A DNA stretch of 64,000 bases from Rhizodiscina lignyota. Taxonomy: Eukaryota. Below the pieces are notes generated by a model. It made no database searches. It was not told the origin of the DNA and saw nothing but the letters and a program-made list of their open reading frames with translations. The position numbers were made by a program, and so were the translations under genes. The stretch is taken from NCBI GenBank assembly GCA_010015805.1, contig ML978126.1, positions 1,798,001 to 1,862,000 on the forward strand, given 5' to 3'. Positions 49,826 through 60,365 of the stretch are shown here, one piece after another. Every line of letters starts with the position of its first letter. The first letter of the stretch is position 1.

Positions 49826-51954
49826 TTACACTTCCGACACGAGTGGCGGGAACAGCATCCCCCTTCTGCCTTGCGGCACCTCACCGCCTTTCGATACGCC
49901 AAAATCTGCATCGCTCCCCACGCGTGCGTGCTCTACTGCTCTGGCATCTTTGCTCACGCCAAGCATGTCCAGCAGCTGGGCGGCCTTCCCCGGCATGACC
50001 GGCTGAAGGAGTATGCCTGCCATGCGGAGAAAATCTGCACAAAGGAAAATGATCTCGTCGACTTCGAGTTGCGCCTCTGGGGTGATTTTGGGCGTTCTCT
50101 CAGTCGGTGGACGAGGTGCGGCTGATCCAGGGGGGTGGGGAGGGTCAGCTGGGAAGAAGGCCCACGGGGCGGAGTGGTGGAGAAATTTGTTCGTCTAGCG
50201 GACACATTTGTTAATGATTAAGACAGTCAGGATGACAGTGTATCAGACTTACGGCGTGTACGCCGTCGAAAATGAGTTTCAGCGCGTCTCTTAGACTCAA
50301 CTCGTCCATGGCTTTGCTGGCCAGTTCCGGCATTGATCTCATCATCGCGAGCTGCGCCTGTACTCGAGACTTTCCTGAAGTCTGCAGCGCCGCTGGATTC
50401 GACGCAAAATACCTCTGTACACATGCTCTGACATCCCACTTCTTCCCTCTGAGGATCCTCGACGCAAGGTTTCCGAGTCCTCCCTGCAGCTCTTTCTTGT
50501 ACCGTTCGATAATATGGTAATTGCTGTAATCCGCATCACGCTCTACATCTCCATCGTGCGCAAGATAGAACCGCATCATATCGACGCCAAATCTCTGAAT
50601 CGCGAAGAACGGGTTTACGACGTTCCCGAGAGATTTAGACATCTTCTTGTTCGACAGCGTCCAATGCCCATGAACCATAATCTGCTTCGGGAGGGGAAGG
50701 TCGAGCGCAATCAAAAAAGCAGGCCAATATATGCAGTGGAATCTCGTAATGTCCTTCCCGATGATCTGGACATCGGCCGGCCACCCTGCCTTTGTCATCG
50801 CATTTCCGTCAGGCTGCCAGGGGTAGCCCAGGATTGTAGTGTAGTTTAGAAGCGCGTCGAGCCAGACGTAGATCGTCTGCGAAGGGTCGTTTGGGACAGG
50901 GATGCCCCATGAGAGGCGGTCGGCAGGTCGAGAGATGGAGAGGTCGTCGAGGCCGGCTTCGAGAGAGGCCCGGATTTCGTTGCGGTACTTCTGGGATGGA
51001 ATCATTGAGGCATTGTTCTCATACAGAGACAAGAGCTGGTCGCGGAAGGCGGAGAGGCGGAAGTGATAGTTCTGCTCAGTAGTCCACTCGACTTCTTTTC
51101 CCGTCTCGATGGACACCATGATCTTCCGACCAGTTGGAGGGTCGACGATGAGTTGCACGCCAGATTCTGGAAAGAAGGTCTCGTCGCTGACAGAATACCA
51201 GCCTTCATGCTTTGCCATATATATCAACTCCTTGTCGAGGAGTACTTGCTAGTCCATATCAGCCTCCATTTCTTGTTCTTGTTGCCTTGCATGATCGTCC
51301 TACCCAAGCATACTGTACGGCGTCCCGGTGCGAAGGAGCAGTGGTCCGGACAAAGTAGTCATTCTGTATTTGAGCCTCTTCTGCTAATTGCTGTATGTGG
51401 CATCAGCATTGGGATTGCCACAGAGAAGAGAAAGTGCTTACTTTGAAGATCTCAGCGCCTTTGTCGCAAAAGGGCCTCGGCGCACTGCCAGCCTTTGCGG
51501 ATGCTTGCTGGATCTGTGAACGTATGAGCCGCGATGACGAAGCACATTCTGATCCTGATAGGACGCACTTTCATTCCATGCTCGTCTACTCCCGTTGCAA
51601 GTATCGCTTTTTCGCCTTTCAGGTGGTGCCATCGCTTGATGATGTCCGCAAGCACCATGGAGTACAAGTGGCCAACATGGGGAGCTACATAAGGTATTAG
51701 GGATCAGCCTGTTGCGGAAATCATAGACAAGAATATGAAATACCAGCATTGACGTAGAATATGGGCGTCGTCACATAGAATGGCTTCCTCTCACGCGACA
51801 ACGCAGGTGCAGATCCGGAGGTTTGGAGGTATCTTCGGTCGACGGTCTTGTTGATACACGAGGCACATATCCAAGGCCGCCGAGTAGCAACTGGAGAGTA
51901 CGAAAGCGTGTTCTGTATGCACCTCCATCTTCTAGACAGAATCGGCGGGCCCAT
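49826..51954 (-). CDS. MSM1: Mitochondrial methionyl-tRNA synthetase, multi-exon
   Basis: YVTTPIFYVNA|APHVGH (HIGH), TGVDEHG, YVWLDAL, GKDI.RFH, KMSKS; Arg-rich N-terminal presequence. Confidence 0.93.
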
Positions 51955-52507
51955 TCTGCTTGATCTAGTCCACCTCGAAGTTCTTCAGATTAAGCTCAAT
52001 GCCAAGAAATGGCCCAAGCTCCATCGCGATGCTTGAGTCTAACCGCCTCAACTTCACCTCCATCCACAACCGTCACACCTCATATTCACGCGCCTATTTC
52101 TGAGCGTATAAGCGTCTTTAAACTCCCGATACCATGCCACCAGTGTGATATTTGCGATATCCGCGTGGAAACGTGCATAGTCTTATCTACATCGAGGAAG
52201 GATAGGCAAATGCGATGCTGTGCTACAGCTCTCGACGCTGCGGTTTGAGGGATCTCCTAACTATTCCGATGTGAAAGGGCCTTCGAAGTACATTTACTAT
52301 GCTGTAGCCTTCTTGGCAGTATTTCTGGCAGGTCGTACACTCTTCTCAATGCCTACATGGATCGAGAAACAAAATCCTGCCCTCCACCGTTGGGAATCTA
52401 CACCCGACCTGCCACATTCCTGCCTATCTATGCTTTTCCCGCATTATGCTTCATTTCAGTGCAATTCTTTCTTATTTCTTTGAATCATGGTATTCAAACT
52501 TGGATTT

Positions 52508-52941
52508 CTTATTGGCACCCCGATTCGGAAAGCCTTGGTTGGTGGCACTTATTGACACCCAAATAGGGGACAAAGGCCACAACACCATCATCTACGCTCT
52601 CTCCAAAGCATGCCGGAATTGGGCCTTTTCTATCGCGCCTGCGGCTGAGCGTCAGTTCGCGGTAGCTGATTCATCTCCAATGATTGGTTGTTTCTGACCA
52701 GTCAAAAGAAACCGAGCTTGCTCTCCACTCACCCTGTGCCATGGTTGGCGAACTGCAGCTTCTAACAACGAAAAATATCCCACCGGTGCGATGTGAAGGA
52801 CATCATAGTTGTTACTTGGCGTGTCACGCTCACTAAATTCCGTCATTGGCTGAGATCAACAAGACTTATTGACGGGCGTTCGGATCGGCTTATTCGAGCT
52901 TCAACGTCTACTATCTTTATTGACAGGACAACTCTATTGAT
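52508..52941 (+). promoter_or_regulatory. Cluster of TATTGA motifs upstream of the pheromone precursor (candidate MAT1-1-1 sites)
   Basis: CTTATTGAC at 52548 and 52865, TTTATTGAC at 52916, CTATTGAT at 52934, variant CTTATTGGC at 52508. Confidence 0.55.
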
Positions 52942-53047
52942 ACATAAAACACAGACTTACCCAACTTAAACTCTTCTTCTATTCTCACACCTTCATTACT
53001 TATCAGACCAATCGACACAAAGCAAAGCCAGATTTCTCCACCTCAAG

Positions 53048-53977
53048 ATGAAGGTTACCGCTCTCATCGCGGCAGGCATCTTCGCCGTGGGCGCAACCGC
53101 ATCTGCTAGCGACGACTACTCCACAGTCAGCGACGCAATCAAAAACGACCCATCCCTTCTTCAGCGCTATTGTAGCCAGCCAGGGAAGCCCTGTGCTCAC
53201 GTCAAGGATGCTGTTGAGAAGGCTAGTGTACACCTCACCTACCCGGATATCATCAACTCCTCCGACTTCGAGGAATGCTACAAGGAGGGCGGGAAATGCC
53301 AGAAAGCTAAACGTAGCGCCGAGGCTCTTGCCTCTGCTGTTGCTGAAGCCTATGCTGCCGCTGAGCCGGAGCCACACACCAAAGTTGTTCACCTCTGCCA
53401 TCTTGTGGGCCAGCCATGCTTCAAAGCTCGCGACGCAGCTAAACTCGCCGCTCTGTCCAGACGCGAGGCCACCGCCAACCCGGATCCACACACCCGCGTC
53501 GTCCATTTCTGCCACTTGGTAGGCCAGCCATGTCTCAAAGTTCGCGAACCTGAGCCAGAGGCTAAACCCCACCCGAGGATCATCCGCCTCTGCCACCTTG
53601 TTGGCCAACCATGCCTCAAGAAAAAGCGATCTGCTCTGCCAGCTCCCGAGCCGGAAGCCAATCCTCACCGGGTCGTCCGTTTCTGCCACCTGGTAGGCCA
53701 GCCCTGCCTAAAGGTCCGCAACGCCGCCGACGCGGTCAGCAGCGCTCTCTACCGCCGCGCTGCCGATCCTGAGCCACACACCCGCGTCGTCCATTTCTGC
53801 CACTTGGTAGGCCAGCCTTGCCTCAAAGCACGCGACGCTAGTGACGCCGACACCGGCTTAATCGAGATCCTCGACCAGGAGTGCAACAAGGACGGCCAGC
53901 CGTGCGCCAAGGCAAAGCGTGCTGCCGAGGATCTGAGCCTCGCAGCGCTCCAGGCGCTCGAACAGAGTGGCTTGTAA
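53048..53977 (+). CDS. ppg1: Alpha-factor-type pheromone precursor (ppg1/ppgA/ccg-4-like Kex2-processed repeat protein), 309 aa
   Basis: Signal peptide, five (F/L)CHLVGQPC(L/F) repeats, KR/RR/KxR sites and X-A/X-P Ste13 dipeptide runs. Confidence 0.85.
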   Translation: MKVTALIAAGIFAVGATASASDDYSTVSDAIKNDPSLLQRYCSQPGKPCAHVKDAVEKASVHLTYPDIINSSDFEECYKEGGKCQKAKRSAEALASAVAEAYAAAEPEPHTKVVHLCHLVGQPCFKARDAAKLAALSRREATANPDPHTRVVHFCHLVGQPCLKVREPEPEAKPHPRIIRLCHLVGQPCLKKKRSALPAPEPEANPHRVVRFCHLVGQPCLKVRNAADAVSSALYRRAADPEPHTRVVHFCHLVGQPCLKARDASDADTGLIEILDQECNKDGQPCAKAKRAAEDLSLAALQALEQSGL

Positions 53978-54848
53978 GTGCGTCCCGATATCTCACTCAC
54001 ATGCACCACTGTACATAAACGTTCTTCATCATACAATCTGTTGTACATATTAGTGGAGCATTGACTTACAGGTTTTACTTTCTTCAATTCAGGGACCCCT
54101 CGACAACCAACATTCAATTCGATGATTAAGCGAGGACAGAAGTACACATTTGGAAAGGTGCCGGCCGCCGGGGATGATTCGACCTCCCACCACTTTTACA
54201 CTGCACGCAATTCATCGCACTTTCGGAGCATTGAACTGCCACATCTCGAGGCTGGCGGGTAGGTCATGCGGCTTCTTTGTCGGGGAAGTGTAGACTATGC
54301 CGATCATTTTGAATAGCTTGGGCCTCCGGAGCTTTGCACCGATGATACCGTTTGGATTATTTTCTCTAACATCTCCCATAAATAATTTCGATTCGCAATA
54401 GGCAAAGTGAAGCAAATAGATTTCTTTGGATCAAAATACACAATCTCTAATTTCTTCGGATGTGTCTTCGCGTCCTATCAGGCCCAGGCCTTGAATCATT
54501 CGTGCGCTGGGTCATAATTTTAGGATAATGCCATTTCTCTCTGGCGTAGTTTGGAGTGGGGATTGCTATCTGCGAAGGAGCTAGTCTTCCGCGAGCGAAT
54601 AGTCTAACTCCACAAAGACACTGTTACAGCTGCCTTCAGCGCTCACAAAAAGCTATCGCACATTAGTGAGTGATATTCAGCGCTGTCAAGGAATACGTTG
54701 CTAGCCTGCCTTAGATTCGTCCTAGACAACACACTGCGCTAGTCAACACATACACTAAGCGAAGGAATTCCGCAATATAACAGTGGTACTCTGCGTTCTT
54801 TTCATCATCAACTTTGCACAAACTCAGGCTTCCTGCGCAGAACTCAAC

Positions 54849-55857
54849 ATGACGAACATCGCCCTTGCTCCTCGAGGAGACGTCATATTTGTGCTTGAAA
54901 ATGACAAGAACAAGGACAAGGTCCGCATGCATGTTTCTTCCCACACCCTATCGATGGCGTCACCGGTGTTAAAGCGCATGTTCAATGGTTCCTTCGCAGA
55001 GGGCGCCGGTCTCAGCGAAGATAACCCCAAGGAAATTCCTCTTCCAGATGACGACTGCGATTCGATAACGCTCCTATGTCGCCTCACACATCTGCAAGGA
55101 AACATGGTGGATCGAGAACTACCACTGTCAGGACTCCTCACCTTTGCTAAGGTCGTGGATAAATACAATTGTATCCCAAGTGTGGAGGTGGCACTTCATC
55201 TCTGGTTCCAGTTTCACATGAGATGTTCGCCTGCGCTTAATGAACTGTGGATGCTTGCCGAGGCGAGCTACCTGGCAAATTCTGCAGACATATTCCGAGC
55301 TGCGACTTCTGGGGTTGCTGTCACCGGGGACGCAGCAGACATGGATAACTGGACCATCGCCGAGAAGTCTGTGATTCCTTTCTCTGCAATTCGTAAGTGC
55401 CAGGCTGATCATGTCTTACTCCCGATCCTAACCAGATGCAGTGCAGCTGTCTCAGCAACACAAGAAAGCAGTTTCACGCATTCGGCAACTCATCGAGACG
55501 GCGATCAACACCTGCTGTGGTAATTATACCTTGAATGATCACAGCAAAATATGCACCGTCGTCCGTCTCAACCTACCTCTCTGTCTCCGATGCTTTCAGA
55601 CTGCTGGAGTATGGCCAGTGTCGAACCTTCCTGAGTCTGTAGATGCGTGCCTAACCAAGATTTCCAATCTTTCTGAGGCTAGGTTTGACTATGGCGGAGA
55701 CTTTTGTCATGGCAGCTGCTCTCCATATCCCAAATCTATAGTTGATTTTAAGAAGGAGGCGCCTAGTGTTCGCGACATCTGCAGCGGCCTTTGTCTCGAC
55801 TGTGTACGCTCTGGCAAGACCGCCTGTGATGAGAACTGCCGTGTTCCTCATACCTGA
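54849..55857 (+). CDS. BTB/POZ domain protein, intron 55393-55441
   Basis: GDVIFVL..VSSHTLSMASPVLKRMFNGSFAEG, IPLPDDD, VVDKYNC; C-terminal GLCLDCV. Confidence 0.9.
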
Positions 55858-56460
55858 CGTCTGGCGATGAACAATGATGGCATACATCACTGAATATTTG
55901 GGACCAATTCTTTAAAGGCTTCGAGGAGATCCCTCTGCCTGCGCATGGACCATGGCACATTTCAATGGCGTTTGCGTTTCGATACACTAATGGGTGAAAC
56001 CAATGGAACTTGGAGATGGAGTTACTTTACTTTTACTAATCTGGCTTTCAAGACAAATGTATTCAACAAAACTCCCAAAAATTAACAAGAGCACTCTAAA
56101 GAACATATTACTCTGATTTCCTCAATTCTCCATACGAACAAGCCTGCATTTTCAATAAATTTCAATCAATCGTGCTCGGTTTATTCGAAACTCGTCTTCG
56201 CTCCTCCGACAGCAAGACAAACTTGTGTTCGGTATATCTTTGATTTAGAAATGGTAAGATTGGCCAAGTATAATTCCAACAGAGCCAACGAGAACTGGGT
56301 TCAGGTAACGCCAGCACATATCAAGTCGCTAAAAGTCACATAGTTCGACACTTCCGAGACCATGCATTTAAAAATATATCGTATCGAAGCAACTATAAAT
56401 TCCCCCTACTGTCTCTCGGGTTTCATTTTCATCGAACAGCACCAAACGGGTATATCAATA

Positions 56461-57010
56461 ATGGCGACGATAGATCTCGATACTCAGAGCGACGTTATAT
56501 TCGTCGGAGAGGGCAGGAGAGGGGAACACCATCCAATGGATCGTGACGTCTCGCTTAGTATACAATACTTTCTCTGACACTACAAACACATACGAATTCT
56601 TTTCGCAAAATATCAAGCCGGTTCTTCTTTCCTTCCTTCCATACATCATGATGGACAGATATTCGTCTTCACGGCGACGTCGTGTTTGTTTTCGACAGTG
56701 GGCAAAAGACGCGAGTTTCTTCTCATATGCTCGCCGGAGCCCTTCCAGTGTTCAAGCGCATGACGGCACCTTCGCCGAAGGCCAGAACCTCAACAAAAAC
56801 ATCCAAAAGAGGTAACGTTGTCAGAGGATGAAGCAGCGGCAAAGGAACTCCTCTTCTCTATTATTTATTTAGAGAATACAGGAAATCCCTCGCATCACTT
56901 CATTCGTGGAGGTTGTCGACAAGTACAATTGCCTTAAGAGGACGTCGAGATAGCTCTACCTTTGGGCCCAGACAGTCATGCAACAGTGGCTCTCATTCGA
57001 AGATTTGTTG
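56461..57010 (+). pseudogene. Decayed tandem BTB/POZ copies (5' fragment at 56461, frameshifted copy from about 56650)
   Basis: MATIDLDTQSDVIFV; then GDVVFVFDSGQKTRVSSHML..PVFKRM / GTFAEGQNL / VTLSEDE / VEVVDKYNC spread over shifting frames. Confidence 0.8.
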
Positions 57011-57428
57011 AAGGTAGTCGAGGCAAGCTACACTGCGAAATGCACCGAACTTTTCAAGATCACGACGTCTGGTGGCTGTTCGAGCAGGCGACCTACAGTC
57101 TACTCGAGTTGATGCCCCTTCCGACATCAGTCCTGCCGCTATTTGTGCTAGGCACTTAACCCTAAATCAAGTTCAGCTCATTCTCGCGAAAACGTATAAG
57201 TTACAGTTGAGCTCTCGTGACAATACAGGGGCGCGAAGAAGAAAATGCCATAGACACCAACGTCGGCCTTCAAACGAAATACCACCCCTCTACCCGTTCG
57301 GCTTACAAGTCAAAACGAGCTGCAACAGCAACATTTTGGTCACGAACGGCTTTTATGAAAATAGAAGTGTTGTATGATGTCTTCATTACTTTCATTAAAG
57401 GCATGACCTGCCAACCGCATCCTAACTC

Positions 57429-59481
57429 TTATCCAGAGAAGGTCCGACCTAATGAATTTGCCCTTTCACTGTCGCTGTCACTCTTTATATCCGGAATCCA
57501 CTCATGCTCGACTAACTCCGCCTTCTGCACATATTCGCCTTCCCCAACCCTCTCAATATATGGCGTCCTCGAAACAACCAACTTTCTCCGGCGGTTCCAT
57601 TCAATTCCTTTCAACCCACACCACCATCCAACGCCCAACAGCAGGCAGGAAAGCCCAACGGTAGGCAAGACGAACCACGGGTATCCCAGCTTCGAGGCCG
57701 TGTATGCGGAGTCCTTGCCGGGCTTCGCAAAAGAAGCGAAGATCATAAATGTATTTGCCGCAAAATAGATGATGCAATGAACGGGACTGACACGTGGAAT
57801 GAAACCTGTTGCGCCTGCTTTGGCCGTCCAATTCCTGCCATTCTCTCCGCGGAAGTAAGAGTCGAGCTTCAGATACAGCAGACTGCCGCTGACGAGGCAG
57901 CCCAGTATGTTGACTAGCACGTAGCTGTAGATTGCTGAGAGGAAAGTATACTGGATCTCTGGCTGCATCCAAACGGTGATGAGGATCAGGAAGACGGAAG
58001 AGAACCAATGCAGTCCAAATGCAGCCATGGGAGTTTTCTCGATGTAGTCTTCGAGGTTGATGCCGTCCAATCCTGCCGTTGACGTCGATGGAGGAGCTGA
58101 GACAATTCGGCTTTTGAGCCAAGCCCAAGGCGTTGTGTGTCCGGAAGCAAAGAAGAGTGAATACGGAAGAATTCCTTGCTTTGCGATTTCTTGCTTTACT
58201 CTGGCGGCCGTGAAGGTGATTATGATAACATTCCCAAAGCATGAAAATGCAACCAGACCAGCCATTACTCGATACGCAGTTTGTGAATCTGCCGAGTCGA
58301 ACAGATAATGGAAAAAGATGCTCGCAACCAACGTATTTCCAGTATACGCTTCCCTGGGTATGACGCAGTAGTAGCTGACGTTGACCAAGCTGTAGACAAC
58401 AATGAGTGCTGCCACAGCCGAGAGCGTGTATGTTGGGAAGACCTTCCTTGGGCGCGAGAATTCGCTTAAAGCGTAAAACGGTTGTTCAAATCCGGTGCAA
58501 GAGAATAGCGCAAAGAGAAAGCTCTCAACATAGCTGGCCACGTCGGGGCCCGTTGATTCGAATGAAGTATGAGTGTTAAGGTTGGAGTCTGCGGCGTTGT
58601 TAATGTCTGCCGCTGTCACGTTGCCGAAATTCCCTTTGGCTTGGAGTTTTCCACCGGCATGGACAAACCCGAGTATGGCCATGACAAGGAGGATCAAGAT
58701 TTTGACGATAGCGAGGAAGTTGTTCAGAAGGATGCCACCACGTCTTGTGAAAACATGAACAGCAGAACAGACACATAGTGTCAAGATGGCGAGTCCGATT
58801 ACCAGGCCCTTTTCGTAGTTGTTTTTGGGGTTTGTTGGGTCTTTTCCAGCCGCAATTGCCGTGTAGATCCCGAAGGCGACAGCATTGCCAGAAATGTTGC
58901 CTAATATGATGAACATGATGCCGTATATGCAAGTAGCCAAGAATTCAGGCTTCCTAAAGACGTATTCAAGCTGCGAATGGTTAGTATTGCCAGTCGACTC
59001 AGATTGATTCTCACCTACAAAGTTCTTTTCTCCGCCAGAACGTGGCGCAGAAACATCGCGCTCAATACCATTGCGATCCTTGATACGATAGAATGGTATT
59101 GACAAGCCCATCTCTAACCAGCAAAGAGCACCACACATTGCGATGATGCCAGAAGCAGTCCAAATTAGAAGCGAACCTCCAACACTCCCAGTTCCGACTA
59201 GGACCTTTGAAGGGACCGTCCAGATTCCTGATCCAATTGTTCGATTGAATACCATGCAAACAACTGTGAATCGACCAAGCATCTGAGGCGTTGAAGGTGT
59301 GACTTCTATCCTCTGTTGATAACCTGATCAGAAAACTCGTTTGAAAGCGAAAGACATGCAAGGGACTTACCTGTCTCTGCTCGTCATAATCTCTTTGGGC
59401 TTGATCTAGCTCTTCACGAGTCAGATGATCGAGGCCATGGTCTTCAGCTCCTTCGTTCACATTTGGTTCAGATTTATCCAT
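57429..59481 (-). CDS. APC-superfamily amino acid permease, MUP1-like high-affinity methionine permease; two 5' introns
   Basis: NRTIGSGIW..P, LEMGLSIP, PRSGGEKN, GFEQPFY, ARVKQEIAKQGILP. Confidence 0.88.
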
Positions 59482-60365
59482 CGTGCCTGGATATCAGATG
59501 TCCACTGCAAGATCAGGTTTTTCGAATGGCTGGCGACAGAACAGCAGGAGGAGCTTGTACGTCGAGATTTTGAAATGAAAGTGTTCTCAAATTCTTCATG
59601 GAAAATGACTTAAAGGCACAAGATTGAGAAGAAGCGCAGATGCTCCATCGGTTGAGCAACAGTCGAAAGGCTTGATATCAGGCAATTATTGAACTGTGGT
59701 TGCTTCGGGGCTGCGCCTACGGTTCGCATGCAGGGATGAAGGTGAGGCAGGAAAACGCCTTGCGTCAAGAAGAGGGCACAGCAAGTACATGTATTGGTGA
59801 TCGCGTGACCAAAGGAAGTGGGATGCAGAAAAGGTAGAAAGGCAACTTGAAAATCCAATCTATTTCATTCATACCCTCGAGGTATGAATCCGCCTTGGCT
59901 TGAAATCGGCTGCCTTGTGCAGTTCGTGTTCGAGCCTTACTCCATGTTTCGTGGCAGGCCAAGTCACCGTGGCGGTTATCTGGACGAGGCTGAGACTCAA
60001 AGGCCACCGACGATTGGTTGGAAGGAAGCGGAGGCGCGAAAGTTACTGCAGCTTCTCCAGAGATGTGGTCCGGACCGGTCAAACAAGCAGACAGGTGGTG
60101 TGGAGGGGGCGGAGCAGCGAGGCTCATCTTCGCTGTGATCGGCTGCCTGAGAATTGGATACACAAGGTCATGCGTTGAACGCCAGGGATTTCCCTCAATC
60201 TCTGTTCCCTTTTATTGACGGAAGAACGACATTTCAAAGGCATTCGCATCGAAAAGAATACTCCACATCAAGGGACAACTGAAAAGATAATTTGGCGAAC
60301 GCGTCGTTAGAAGGTGGATCCCAGCCAAGTATGCGGTTCGGGCACGCTCCGGCCCGTTCCTGGAC

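Noticed and set aside
53003..53689. 228-aa antisense ORF, and similar antisense ORFs such as 48360-49262 and 21929-22402
   Set aside because: Shadows of GC-rich coding strands with no independent signals
53380..53830. CRISPR-like repeat-spacer pattern
   Set aside because: Eukaryotic in-frame coding repeats with synonymous variation
53048..53977. Dikaritin (ustiloxin-type) RiPP cluster around the repeat precursor
   Set aside because: I found no DUF3328/UstYa gene (paired HxxHC motifs) or tailoring enzymes nearby; the neighbours are MetRS and BTB genes, and the core fits alpha-pheromones
49826..59481. Methionine cluster (MetRS plus MUP1-like permease)
   Set aside because: Separated by unrelated genes, permease substrate unproven, and the synthetase is mitochondrial
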